Positions 1 through 9,343 are shown, counted from the stretch's first letter. The stretch is DNA of 64,000 nucleotides from an uncultured Clostridia bacterium (GCA_958448705.1 CAUDEY010000008.1:7323-71322), one strand, 5' to 3'. Notes: generated from the sequence alone by a model not told the origin. Translations and numbers: made by a program.

Positions 1-897
1 ATTTCTCGGTCTGCTGTTATCCAGCGGTGACGGGAACATCCATTCCGAATCCACCGATTTTCTGTACTCTGCAAGTATTTTTACAAGCGACCCAGGCAGT
101 ATCACCGTGCGGACAGACGCCTTTGTTTTCGGCGCTGATATGATCACCTCTGCCTTGATAATATATACCTGCCGTTCGATGCGAAGCTCACCTGTTGAGA
201 AGTTGAGATCGCTCCATTTGAGAGCCAGTATTTCGCCTCGGCGCATTCCCGTTCCGAGTTCCAGGAGAAACAGTTCGTAATATCCTTCATCTTTTGCCTG
301 ATGAAGAAACCGCAGTATTTCATTTTGTGTCAGCACCTGCATTTCTCTCGCTTTTTTCGGTGGCAGTTTACAGCCGACAGCGGGATTTGTTCGAATCAGT
401 CCGTCCTGTACCGCTCGCTGTAAAGCTGTGCGGCAGTTGGCGTGTATCGCTCTTATCGTTCTGTCCGAAAGTCCCTTGCCAAGTGTTTCGGCGTGCAGTT
501 TTCTTCCGCCAGTCTTTTCCTTTGCGTAGAATTGCTGCAAATCAGATTGCGACAGCTTGTTCAGCGGAATTTTTCCGATTTCGGGAATGATATGATTGTA
601 GATGCGGTTTTCGTATTCGCTTTTTGTTGTGATGCGCAGTGTGTGCCTGCAGTAGGTCTGATACCAGAAGTCGATCCACTCGCCGAACGGCATATTCGAC
701 TTTATCTTTTCTGTAGCACTGCCGTACTGTTCTTTCAGTGTTTCAAGCTTAGCGGCACATTCCGTTTTTGTTTTCGCCGTTACGCATTTTGTAATAGGCA
801 GGCTTTTCTCATTGTACCCGACAACGATTCTTCCTTCCCAACGTCCGTCGTTTCGTTTCCTGAGAGTTCCTTCTCCCTTTGATCGTTTTTTATTCAA
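1..897 (-). CDS. Tyrosine recombinase/integrase, N-terminal 299 codons (gene runs off the left window edge)
   Basis: Absent from the ORF track because it is open to the window edge. My reverse-complement translation starts at TTG 897, with RBS GGAAGGTGAT upstream. It reads MNKKRSKGEGTLRKRNDGRWEGRIVVGYNEKSLPITKCV... and is still open at nt 1 (..KSVDSEWMFPSPLDNSRPRN). The N-terminus parallels the neighbouring integrase. The + strand ORFs 294..590 and 442..882 are its antisense shadows. Confidence 0.8.
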   Translation of the reverse strand, partial: MNKKRSKGEGTLRKRNDGRWEGRIVVGYNEKSLPITKCVTAKTKTECAAKLETLKEQYGSATEKIKSNMPFGEWIDFWYQTYCRHTLRITTKSEYENRIYNHIIPEIGKIPLNKLSQSDLQQFYAKEKTGGRKLHAETLGKGLSDRTIRAIHANCRTALQRAVQDGLIRTNPAVGCKLPPKKAREMQVLTQNEILRFLHQAKDEGYYELFLLELGTGMRRGEILALKWSDLNFSTGELRIERQVYIIKAEVIISAPKTKASVRTVILPGSLVKILAEYRKSVDSEWMFPSPLDNSRPRN

Positions 898-1040
898 TAG
901 ACATCACCTTCCTGTTGCAACATAGTCGTCTTGCTCGCTTGGAGCGCATCGCAATACTCCTTGTTGCGCCACTCCTTTTTGCTCGCTGTATCCGCCACCG
1001 GTGGCGCTCGCAAACGTCCCCTTCGCCGTTTTTTCGTTTT

Positions 1041-2216
1041 TTAGCTATTGGTATCATCTCCTTCAAGCATAATTTCGTCCATAAAGCTGCCTACAATGTT
1101 GGAAGCGTTTTTTTGCATATCGGTGGTCACATGAGTATAGGTATCCAGCGTAAAGCTGGCGTTTGTATGACCTAAGATTCCCGACAGTGTTTTTGCATCC
1201 ACACCGCTAACCAATGCATGTGTCGCAAATGTATGCCTGAGATCGTGAAAGCGTATCAGCGGAAGTTCGGCTTGCTTTAACAGCGTTTTTAATCGGTGGT
1301 AAGCGTAGTCGGGGTTCATCGGTTCTTCCGGCTTGTAGATATTCGGGAATATCCATTCGCTGACGGATTTTTCTTTTCGCTTTCGCAACAGCTCAGCTGT
1401 ACTCGGCGGCAAGAGGACTGTGCGTGTTCCTGTTTCGGTTTTTGTTTCGCCGACAGTAAGTTCCCCGCCTTTCTTTTTATGGATCGCGCGCCTGATCTTA
1501 AGTCTTCCTGTATCAGCATTAAAGTCTTCCCATCTGAGTCCGCAGATTTCCCCTCGGCGCATACCTGTTGTCAGCTCCGTGTAGAAAAAATCGTACCACT
1601 GTTCATCCTGTCGGATGCGCTCCATAAATCTGTCAAGCTGTTCGTCATTCAAGATCTGCTTCGGTGCATAATTATTTTTCGGTATTGTCGTTCCGTTTGT
1701 AGGATTTTTTATGATCAGCCGTTGTGCCACCGCCATATCCAACGCTTCATGCAGCATCATGTGAATTTTGCGGACTAAGCTGTCAGCAAGTTCTGTTCCG
1801 TGAAGTTTGTCCGCTCTTACTCTGCCGTACTTTTTTACTGTGTTATAGAATTTTTGTATCTCCTGCGTGGACAGCGCCGACAGAGGTCTGTCACCGAGAT
1901 ACGGCTTGATCTGATTTTTTATCATAGCCTTGTAAGCATCCAGCGTAGTTTCCCGAACTGTGAATATCATATATTCATTGATCCATCGGTCGAGCCATTC
2001 GCCGAGCGTCATATTGCAATCCTCGGTAAGATCGGCATCGCGGTACATCTCAATATGATCGTGAAGTTTTTTCATCAGTTCCTTTTGCGTTCTTGCAAGA
2101 ACATACCGATGTATGGGATCACCGTTCTTTTTGTGACCGACAACAATTCTGCCTTCCCACCGTCCGTCATCGCGCTTTCGCACCATACCGTCGCCTGCCG
2201 GTCTTCGTTTTGCCAT
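1041..2216 (-). CDS. Tyrosine-type site-specific integrase
   Basis: 391 aa. N-terminal GDGMVRKRDDGRWEGR arm-type motif. C-terminal catalytic region RFHDLRHTFATHALVSGVDAKTLSGILGHTNASFTLDTYTHV, matching the R..HxxR..Y signature of tyrosine recombinases. Confidence 0.92.
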   Translation of the reverse strand: MAKRRPAGDGMVRKRDDGRWEGRIVVGHKKNGDPIHRYVLARTQKELMKKLHDHIEMYRDADLTEDCNMTLGEWLDRWINEYMIFTVRETTLDAYKAMIKNQIKPYLGDRPLSALSTQEIQKFYNTVKKYGRVRADKLHGTELADSLVRKIHMMLHEALDMAVAQRLIIKNPTNGTTIPKNNYAPKQILNDEQLDRFMERIRQDEQWYDFFYTELTTGMRRGEICGLRWEDFNADTGRLKIRRAIHKKKGGELTVGETKTETGTRTVLLPPSTAELLRKRKEKSVSEWIFPNIYKPEEPMNPDYAYHRLKTLLKQAELPLIRFHDLRHTFATHALVSGVDAKTLSGILGHTNASFTLDTYTHVTTDMQKNASNIVGSFMDEIMLEGDDTNS

Positions 2217-2242
2217 ATAGAGTCACCTTCCTTTGTCCCTTG

Positions 2243-2530
2243 TTATTCATATATGATTTCAAATTCATAGATGCTGTTTTTCGTTGTCATAGTAAGAATA
2301 TTCCCATCTATAACATATTTACCGTATCCCGTGTTGAGCCAATTTCGGCTGTGGTCAGTGAAGTTCAGATACAGTTTTCCGGAATGTTTTTCCGTACTCT
2401 CGAACACGAATAGTTCGCCTTGAAATCCGATGTACCGTTCGCGCCACTTCCATTCGTCATACGGTTTGTCGCTGATATTTGTAACCGATTTGAATTCGAC
2501 TACAGTAAAAGCTCCGATATATTTCGGCAT
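2243..2530 (-). CDS. Hypothetical small protein (95 aa from internal ATG)
   Basis: The track ORF 2243..2668 overlaps the relaxase 3' end. The ATG at 2530 is preceded by AAAGGAAGTGG. No recognisable motif. Confidence 0.45.
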   Translation of the reverse strand: MPKYIGAFTVVEFKSVTNISDKPYDEWKWRERYIGFQGELFVFESTEKHSGKLYLNFTDHSRNWLNTGYGKYVIDGNILTMTTKNSIYEFEIIYE

Positions 2531-2609
2531 TTTACCACTTCCTTTCATCCTAACGATACCACACCGCGTGCCACATATCCAGTGAGAATAAAAAAGTTTA
2601 TCAAAGAGT

Positions 2610-3956
2610 TCACATATGCATTTCAAAGCCTTGCTCCTCATCGCTGTATTCGGGAACGCTTCGGTCAATTTTCAGTCCGTGCGCCTGCTTTTTCTGCTCA
2701 ATTTTAGATTTCAATTTGGAATCCATTTGTGCACTGAGTTTTGCTCTGCGTTTATGACAGCTTGATGCTATCGCTTTGGCAAGCTGAAGAATAAGATTTC
2801 CGACAGAAGAATTGACCGATATCGACTGTCCCTGCTGTTCGGCTTTCATCATAAGAACAGCGGAACGGATAACCGCATTTTTTATATCCCTGAATTCTTT
2901 GTTTTCTTCCAAAGGTATATCAGGTTTTTTCTTGTCATAATAAACAGACAGCTTTTCACGGTTCGCTTTATTCCACTCTGCATATAACTCTGCAATTCTC
3001 TCATCCTTGGCAAGCTCGGCAACAATAGAATCAACTGTCTCCTTAACATTCTTCGGCAAATATCCGTATACCTTTTTACCTTTGTATTTTGAGAGTTGTC
3101 TAATCAGTTCAACATACAGATTTTGAATTTCATCCGATGCAGGACTCGGTGCTTCTGCACTCTTCAGCAGTTCGTCTATTCTCTTTTTAGTTTCCGCACG
3201 AACTTCATCACGCATTTGTGTTTCCAAGGTGAACGCAAGATACATTTCGTTCCGAAAAATATCCTTTGCAAACAGCGAATGCATATCTTCAATTCCTTTG
3301 TTCGTAAGATAACCTTGTTTCGCATCTTTTGAATATACCATCAAGTGAATGTGCGGATGGTGTGTTGTGTTATGAAACGCGCCGTACCATTGCATTTGAG
3401 ATGGCTCTATTTTGTGTGCCTCGGCAATTTGCAAAGCATTTCGGCGAACAAGTTCTTTCCACGCTTCTGCATTGTTGTATCCGAGCCGTTCTGCATCTTC
3501 ACGCCTCAGGCTGATTACATGTGTCCACAATATGCCTTCGTGATTTGATACCTCATCTGCCACTTTATCAATATCGATTTTATCATCCGTCTGCGAAAAC
3601 AAACCGTGTCTGCTGAGCTTTTCAACACTCGGGCGTTCACCGTAATATTTGACCAACTTTTTTACGCCGTCAATACGTTCAGCGTTGCGTTCTATGAATG
3701 CGTCAAGAAATTCCGATGCCGTATATCTTGTTTCCTGTTCCTGATACATTTTCAATTCGGGATACATAAGAGCTTCGGGAACGGCGGTTATATATTCGCA
3801 GATTAACTCCCTCTGCTTTTTCATAGGAGGTTTGCTGTCAATCCCGTTGGGCAGTTTTTCAACGCCTTCACGAGTTCCCATATATCTAATGAGTTTTCCT
3901 GCATTAACCCTTGCGGGATTTTTGATATATCTGCTTGTAAATATTATCTTCGGCAT
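2610..3956 (-). CDS. Mobilisation relaxase (MobL/MobA-like, three-His motif)
   Basis: 448 aa. N-terminal ..LIRYMGTREGVEK.. and metal-binding FHNTTHHPHIHLMVYS (H-x-x-x-x-x-PHxH) resemble Firmicute MobL-type relaxases. The family name is from memory, not searched. Confidence 0.75.
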   Translation of the reverse strand: MPKIIFTSRYIKNPARVNAGKLIRYMGTREGVEKLPNGIDSKPPMKKQRELICEYITAVPEALMYPELKMYQEQETRYTASEFLDAFIERNAERIDGVKKLVKYYGERPSVEKLSRHGLFSQTDDKIDIDKVADEVSNHEGILWTHVISLRREDAERLGYNNAEAWKELVRRNALQIAEAHKIEPSQMQWYGAFHNTTHHPHIHLMVYSKDAKQGYLTNKGIEDMHSLFAKDIFRNEMYLAFTLETQMRDEVRAETKKRIDELLKSAEAPSPASDEIQNLYVELIRQLSKYKGKKVYGYLPKNVKETVDSIVAELAKDERIAELYAEWNKANREKLSVYYDKKKPDIPLEENKEFRDIKNAVIRSAVLMMKAEQQGQSISVNSSVGNLILQLAKAIASSCHKRRAKLSAQMDSKLKSKIEQKKQAHGLKIDRSVPEYSDEEQGFEMHM

Positions 3957-3958
3957 TG

Positions 3959-4363
3959 TTATTCACCGTGCTGCCATTCATAGGCATCCTCAAATGTTAC
4001 AACACCGCCGAGCCGCGCAACCTCTTTCGCACACTCTGTTCGCAGAGTTTCCATTGAGGCGGGGGTAATCTCTTTTTCAAATGCAACCAAATTATTTACA
4101 ATTGACTGCTCCACTGGCAGCTTGAAGAGCATTTTTGATATATTCTGTTCTACACTTCCGATCTCACTTTTGATGCTTTGCGCAAGCAGGGGCGATATGA
4201 AATCTATACATTTTTTCTGCCTTAAATATCCGATATAGAATTTTATTGCCTGTGTTACAAAATCGCTTTTTGAGGTGGCGTTTGCTTCATTTTTCATGTT
4301 CTCCATTTCCATAACCAATGACGGTCTCAGCCAGTATGAATGCTTCTGTTTTTTATCGTCCAT
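3959..4363 (-). CDS. Putative relaxosome accessory protein
   Basis: 134 aa. It abuts the relaxase start (stop at 3959, relaxase ATG at 3956). The call rests on position and size only. Confidence 0.4.
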   Translation of the reverse strand: MDDKKQKHSYWLRPSLVMEMENMKNEANATSKSDFVTQAIKFYIGYLRQKKCIDFISPLLAQSIKSEIGSVEQNISKMLFKLPVEQSIVNNLVAFEKEITPASMETLRTECAKEVARLGGVVTFEDAYEWQHGE

Positions 4364-4417
4364 AATTCCGTCCTTTCTAATAGACCCCGTTTTCTTTTTT
4401 CAAAAATTGCCCGAAAT

Positions 4418-4470
4418 GCGGTCGGCTCTGCCGTCCGCTGTGGTATGTGAGGGGATAATCGACCCCTCAC
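4418..4470. promoter_or_regulatory. Candidate oriT: two adjacent hairpins upstream of the accessory/relaxase genes
   Basis: First hairpin GCGGTCGGC-TCT-GCCGTCCGC at 4418-4438 has a 9-bp stem with one T.T mismatch. Second hairpin GTGAGGGG-ATAATCGA-CCCCTCAC at 4447-4470 has a perfect 8-bp stem. Neither is followed by a U-run on either strand. Confidence 0.3.
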
Positions 4471-4481
4471 TTTAACCTACT

Positions 4482-4763
4482 TCACTCTAAATTCGGCATA
4501 TCTTCCGCATATGCCACCGCCAGTTCTGCGAAAGGATCGGGGAGAGGATTGGTTTTGCATCGCGGTACAAACTCATCCATCAGACTGTCAAAGCATTTAC
4601 AGCATAATTTGAGATCCAGCTGATAACAGTCATACTTTGAGCCGTATCCGAAACGGTGACGAAAACAGAAGTTTTCTTCTTCATCCCACATATCAAATTT
4701 CTTTCCGCATAAGCTGCACTTCTTAACTGATTTCGCTCTGATTCTTTTTATCTTTATTTTCAT
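4482..4763 (-). CDS. Small zinc-ribbon protein (hypothetical)
   Basis: Cys pairs CSLCGKKF ... CCKC. The ATG at 4763 is preceded by GAGGAG. The longer track start at 4787 overlaps the upstream gene. Confidence 0.45.
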   Translation of the reverse strand: MKIKIKRIRAKSVKKCSLCGKKFDMWDEEENFCFRHRFGYGSKYDCYQLDLKLCCKCFDSLMDEFVPRCKTNPLPDPFAELAVAYAEDMPNLE

Positions 4764-4764
4764 T

Positions 4765-5226
4765 TCATGCTCCTCTCTTTCGGTCATACCGTTCTAATTT
4801 TCTGATCGCTTTTTCATGCGCCTGCTGACAGGCAACTCTCTGCAACTGCTGCTCCAAATACAAGTTCTTTGCCTGCTCAATAGGAAGAATCGTATAAAGC
4901 AGATTGCCGTTGCGTTTCATTCCGCTTGCTGTTCGGACTTCCGTCGGCTCGGTTCGAATCAATTGCTTTTCCTCCAGCCGTTTTACATATTTGCTCACCG
5001 TATTACGGGACATCTTCAATGCATCGCCGATTGTTCTGAAGCTCGGATGGCATTGGAATGTTTTTCTGTCCTCACAGTAGAGCAGATATGCATAGACAGC
5101 GATCTCTCCATAGGAAAGATTTAAACAGAAAATTTCGTTCGGAAGAGGAAAATAATCTCTGATCGCATCGCGTTTTTGATAACGGTTATACTTCAAATGC
5201 TGCCTCCTGTCTTTTCTTCTATCCAT
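4765..5226 (-). CDS. Winged-helix DNA-binding protein, replication-initiator-like (element maintenance)
   Basis: 153 aa. FRTIGDALKMSRNTVSKYVKRLEEKQLI is a clear HTH. The resemblance to DnaD/Rep-N-like proteins of Firmicute mobilisable elements is from memory. Confidence 0.5.
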   Translation of the reverse strand: MDRRKDRRQHLKYNRYQKRDAIRDYFPLPNEIFCLNLSYGEIAVYAYLLYCEDRKTFQCHPSFRTIGDALKMSRNTVSKYVKRLEEKQLIRTEPTEVRTASGMKRNGNLLYTILPIEQAKNLYLEQQLQRVACQQAHEKAIRKLERYDRKRGA

Positions 5227-5402
5227 TGTCTGAACTTTTCTTTCGGTACAATGAGCCGTGAGCCGATACGAAGTGAAGGAAATCCTTTTTCATGCATCAG
5301 CTCATAGCTGCTTGATATGGAAATACCCAACAGCTTCGCCACAGTTTCCGCATTGAGAAATAGCGGCAGTTCATCATAAGGGGTGTAAACAGATTCTTTC
5401 AT
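5193..5402 (-). CDS. Excisionase-type (MerR-like HTH_17) DNA-binding protein
   Basis: MKESVYTPYDELPLFLNAETVAKLLGISISSSYELMHEKGFPSLRIGSRLIVPKEKF is the typical Xis/AlpA-like HTH. The ATG at 5402 follows AAAGGAGG. Confidence 0.65.
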   Translation of the reverse strand: MKESVYTPYDELPLFLNAETVAKLLGISISSSYELMHEKGFPSLRIGSRLIVPKEKFRQWIEEKTGGSI

Positions 5403-5743
5403 CAGGCTTGTGCCTCCTTTCAAATTCACACAGTTTTATCCGTGTATGTATTCAATCAGTCTGTTTTGCAAAACAAAAAAGACCTTACCTTACATTTCAT
5501 CACGGAAATACAAATAAAGCGGACAGGCGTTCGCTTTTCAAAATGTTCCGTGCCTAAATATGTAAGTAAGATCTTTGCGTTTAATAAGTATGTATGCTCC
5601 GCTACTATGCGGCAATTTAATTTGTCATGTCGGCACTTTATTCAATTGTGAAATTAGTATAACATAATCAGAAATTTTTGTCAAGGCTTTTGAATAAATG
5701 GGGCAGTTTACGGGAATAATATTAGATTTGCTTGTTATTGAAA

Positions 5744-5783
5744 GAGACAAGGCTGAACCGTTAATTTAGCTCAGCCTTGTCTC
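5744..5783 (-). terminator. Rho-independent terminator closing the minus-strand defence operon
   Basis: Perfect 13-bp stem GAGACAAGGCTGA / TCAGCCTTGTCTC with a 14-nt loop. On the minus strand it is followed by TTTCAATAA. Confidence 0.6.
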
Positions 5784-5789
5784 ACGAAT

Positions 5790-6071
5790 TTAGTCTTCTT
5801 TATCGGACGGTTCATGCATCACTTCTACCATGATTCTTGATGCAAGCTTGAAGCCGCTGATAAACGCCTTAACCTCATTCATTCCGTGCAGCTCCGATTC
5901 ACAGTCCTTGAGCTTCTCAAAGATTTCTTTCTGTTGTTCGGTGAGCGTTGGTATTAAATCATCCTGATGCCGGACGATATATCCTAACACCTCACTGTAT
6001 GCACTTCCACGCTTAAAGCTGTGTTCATGAGGAATGATGTTGCCGTAATACAGATCTTCAAGCGTCGTCAT
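5790..6071 (-). CDS. Hypothetical protein (93 aa)
   Basis: ORF with a GAGGTGG RBS, overlapping the upstream ORF stop. MTTLEDLYYGNIIPHEH... resembles small proteins I recall from Clostridial mobile elements. No function assignable. Confidence 0.5.
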   Translation of the reverse strand: MTTLEDLYYGNIIPHEHSFKRGSAYSEVLGYIVRHQDDLIPTLTEQQKEIFEKLKDCESELHGMNEVKAFISGFKLASRIMVEVMHEPSDKED

Positions 6072-6306
6072 CGTCCCACCTCACATAAGAAGAGGACGAC
6101 ACATCATCGGTCATACCCGATACTGTGTCGCCCTCTTGTCTCATTTTTTCTGCTACAATTAACGCATGCTTTACAAGCAGTATGTCAACCCAAGTCCGCT
6201 CATCGTACTCCGACGGTCGACCGTTGCCCATATAATCTGCAATCGATGCACTCATAACTCCGTACTTTTCACCACTGTAAATTTCAGCAATGCTTATCTG
6301 TGCCAT
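6058..6306 (-). CDS. Hypothetical acidic protein (82 aa)
   Basis: The ATG at 6306 is preceded by AAAGGAGGTG. The C-terminus is acidic and serine-rich (..DDVSSSSYVRWDDDDA). The track start at 6372 is probably too long. Confidence 0.45.
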   Translation of the reverse strand: MAQISIAEIYSGEKYGVMSASIADYMGNGRPSEYDERTWVDILLVKHALIVAEKMRQEGDTVSGMTDDVSSSSYVRWDDDDA

Positions 6307-6388
6307 ATCCGCACCTCCTTTGCAGTACAACACAATACCACAGGAGTTTGCGAAAGTCCAGAGAAAGTGCAATTTTTAGCTTAGAAAA

Positions 6389-8272
6389 CTAATCAACATC
6401 GTAAAAAACTAAACCGTCGGGAAATTTTATATTAGGAATCCAAATCTCTTTTCCGTCCCATCCCTTAGTACCTGTAACTTTATACATTGTTAACGATACT
6501 TGATCAGTTATTTTTGAAACCAGCGCGCGATCATTAGGAGATAACAATGTTCCTGTTCCTTTTGCAATGTCTCGGTCTCTTCTAACAATCAAAACTCCCT
6601 GTCTAGACGGATCTTCTGATATATAAGAGTTCAAGAAAGATAAATATGATTTCTTGTTCCAATCACCTTTTTCGCTATCAATCATTTGGATAATTTGATA
6701 AATCAATTGAAGATTCACAGAATATCCCTCGGTTTCGCTAAAAGCCGACAGCATATTGTCAATTTGAGAAATGTCGTCATTGGTCGGATAGAATGGAAAA
6801 TAACTTACTCCGCCTACGAGCATATTCAAATGTGAATTATCAATTACATTCTTCCTAGTTGGACGTAAAGTTTTCGGATAATACATTTTGATATCATCCG
6901 CGTTCTTTGCTTTCTTAATTTGATTAATAATGGAATTGTTAGTTTTATTAATTTCGCTAAACCGTTTAATTAACAGTGGAGGCATGAAAACTCGCACAAG
7001 TCCTGGATCTCTATCGTATCCAAACATTCTCGAGTGCTGCCATATCGTATCAGCCTGAGGATTCTTAGCAACTCTGCAATAGTATATTGTTTGAAGCATG
7101 GGAAAAGTAATACCTCTTCCCAAACTATTGCCACCTACAACTATATTGAGCCCTGTTTCATATCGAGTGTTTTCATCATAAGAAGCTTTTGAATTGATAA
7201 CCAAAACATTAATTTGATCTTTTTCAAGTGTTTCCTTTATGTATGAGTAAATGTCATCAAACGGTGCAATATCCGGCTTTGTAGTCTTCAAATTTTCGTA
7301 TGTTTGCTGTAAGGTTTCAATGGTACAATCTTCGTCAATAGAAAGATTCAATTCATTTAAATATTCTCCAATTTTATTAGCGAACTTTTGATGTTCAGAA
7401 ACTTTAACGCTTGGATGAACAACAAAGTTACTAACTTGAGAACCATTAAGAAACAAATGCGCAGATGATACCAAGTGCATTAATAATGCTTGTTTTAATC
7501 CGTTTTCAGGAAATTCATCATCTGATAACAGCTCTTTTCCTTCATCATTGTCTGTCGGTATGACATACGGACAGTTCTCATCAGAAAAGAAAAAGTCACC
7601 TCCAAGATACCCCGCTCCGGGCTCAAAATAATATATAAACGCGGGTTTCCATCCGGCAATTTTAGTTTGCAACAATAAAGACTGCGGGGTACCTGTCACT
7701 TGTAAATAAATGCTGCTAGCGCTGGTTTTCTTGATAGCGTTAAGAGTTCTATTTATTGCACTTACATCCTTTTGATTAACTTTGGTATTAGGACTGGCTG
7801 CATCTGCCTCGTCATCAACAATAAATAGAGGATTTCCCGCGCAAAAATTCGTAGAACTAAAATTGTTTTTCCACTGTTTCAGAACATGAACATTCTTCTT
7901 CAATACGATCAATACAGGCTTTTTCAACGCATTGGCTTGAAAACGAATATAGTCATTTTCTCCGCACACACAAAATGTATCCAAGTCGGCAAGAGCGCGT
8001 TTAAATGTTTGTTCTTGTAACAATGTGTTATCAGTTGTTAGTAATACAAAAATATTAAAACCTTCATCCGCGGCAGCGGCAATAAGTCCAAACATATGGC
8101 TTGTTTTTCCGCTTTGTACATTTCCCATAAGGAGACTTACAATATGCTCTCGATATGAAAAGTTTGAAATGTATTGAGGGACAATATCATTAATCGTTTT
8201 CTTCACAGCATCCGCAAGTGATGCTCTGTTCCGTTGTAATAATTCGTTTATGTAATTTTCTGCGTGACTCAT
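6389..8272 (-). CDS. Restriction N-protein: SF2 helicase-like ATPase with Z1 domain (CglI/NgoAVII type)
   Basis: Walker A is GNVQSGKTS and DEAD-like Walker B is IVDDEADAAS, followed by a long C-terminal region. The ATG at 8272 overlaps the R-gene stop (ATGA) behind GGAG. The partnership with a PLD/B3 R-protein and a C5-MTase matches the published CglI/NgoAVII architecture. Confidence 0.75.
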   Translation of the reverse strand: MSHAENYINELLQRNRASLADAVKKTINDIVPQYISNFSYREHIVSLLMGNVQSGKTSHMFGLIAAAADEGFNIFVLLTTDNTLLQEQTFKRALADLDTFCVCGENDYIRFQANALKKPVLIVLKKNVHVLKQWKNNFSSTNFCAGNPLFIVDDEADAASPNTKVNQKDVSAINRTLNAIKKTSASSIYLQVTGTPQSLLLQTKIAGWKPAFIYYFEPGAGYLGGDFFFSDENCPYVIPTDNDEGKELLSDDEFPENGLKQALLMHLVSSAHLFLNGSQVSNFVVHPSVKVSEHQKFANKIGEYLNELNLSIDEDCTIETLQQTYENLKTTKPDIAPFDDIYSYIKETLEKDQINVLVINSKASYDENTRYETGLNIVVGGNSLGRGITFPMLQTIYYCRVAKNPQADTIWQHSRMFGYDRDPGLVRVFMPPLLIKRFSEINKTNNSIINQIKKAKNADDIKMYYPKTLRPTRKNVIDNSHLNMLVGGVSYFPFYPTNDDISQIDNMLSAFSETEGYSVNLQLIYQIIQMIDSEKGDWNKKSYLSFLNSYISEDPSRQGVLIVRRDRDIAKGTGTLLSPNDRALVSKITDQVSLTMYKVTGTKGWDGKEIWIPNIKFPDGLVFYDVD

Positions 8273-9330
8273 CTTCTCACTCCAAAATCTATATACCATT
8301 TATTAGATTCTTCTAACTTTGTTAATGTGAAACTTGTTCGACCGTAACGTACTAGCGTTTCTTGCATTACAGGTTCACCAACTTTTAATACGCCAGCGTT
8401 TTCAAGACGGCCTTTTATCCATTTCCCTAGAATTTTCAGGTCATTTTCAGATCTGAGGTTTTTGTTTTTTTGCCCACTAACTTTACATGAAAATTCCCAT
8501 CCGTCATCAGTTATAACATTGAATACAGCATCCTCGGTTCCGCTAACCGGATAATTCGGAAGTGTTGCAATTTCCGCAGGTACGATTAATTCAATCTCAT
8601 ACCAATGTCTTGGCATAATTAAACCATTTGGAGTTCTTCGCCCCTCACCGAAAAATACATTCAAATTACTTCTAGGCGCAACCTCATATCCCTTTAGCGG
8701 AATTTCAAAACCAATATTTGACAAATGATTTCGATAAGCTTCTACATCCGGTTCAGATATTTTCCGGACATGTTCATGATTTTCGAGAAGTGGATTGGCA
8801 TTTCTGAATTCAGTTATTTCTATATTCGAAATAACATCCGCTGATTTTACGTTTAAATCAGCAATAAAACCATTAAGCTGATTAACTATAGGTTGCTGAG
8901 AAACAAGAATAGCCGATTCATAAGTTCTATGTCCGCTGTCTATGATGCTGCTTAAATTATTCGAGCCAATTATACCGCTTTGCGCATTACCGTTTTGATC
9001 CACAAATGAATAAAGTTTTCCGTGGTACATGAAAGTGGTTACCAAATTAACTTGTCCAATATGATTTTCTTGCAAAAATGAATTGAGATCGAGAGCGGCA
9101 TTGTATTCCAAAGCTGTGAATTTCTCAAAATAATGCATTCCGATTGTAAGATTCATTCTATGTATATCATTTTGCTCTACCATTCCTTTTAATTCAGTTA
9201 AGGAATCAGCGGTTATATATCCAACTGAAATATCTGCACCTTTATGAATTTGTAACTGTTCATAAAAACATTCAGAAAACTTTCTAAATGGCGTTCTCAT
9301 TGGCGGTAAGTTCGAAAACAATAGCTCCAT
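8269..9330 (-). CDS. Restriction R-protein: PLD-family (HKD) nuclease plus C-terminal B3-like DNA-binding domain (NgoFVII/BfiI/CglI type)
   Basis: A single HKD motif, FMYHGKLYSF...IIGSNNLS. The beta-rich C-terminal ~150 aa resembles BfiI/NgoAVII R subunits. Confidence 0.75.
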   Translation of the reverse strand: MELLFSNLPPMRTPFRKFSECFYEQLQIHKGADISVGYITADSLTELKGMVEQNDIHRMNLTIGMHYFEKFTALEYNAALDLNSFLQENHIGQVNLVTTFMYHGKLYSFVDQNGNAQSGIIGSNNLSSIIDSGHRTYESAILVSQQPIVNQLNGFIADLNVKSADVISNIEITEFRNANPLLENHEHVRKISEPDVEAYRNHLSNIGFEIPLKGYEVAPRSNLNVFFGEGRRTPNGLIMPRHWYEIELIVPAEIATLPNYPVSGTEDAVFNVITDDGWEFSCKVSGQKNKNLRSENDLKILGKWIKGRLENAGVLKVGEPVMQETLVRYGRTSFTLTKLEESNKWYIDFGVRR

Positions 9331-9343
9331 AATATGATACCCC

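Noticed and set aside
294-882. The + strand ORFs 294..590 and 442..882 at the left edge
   Set aside because: They are low-complexity, Cys/Phe/Arg-rich translations lying antisense to a clean integrase reading frame that is open from 897 to nt 1.
5484-5570. Imperfect inverted repeat CTTACCTTACAT ... ATGTAAGTAAG upstream of xis
   Set aside because: Eleven base pairs with an indel in AT-rich DNA cannot be told apart from chance without comparative data. It could be an operator but is not supportable.
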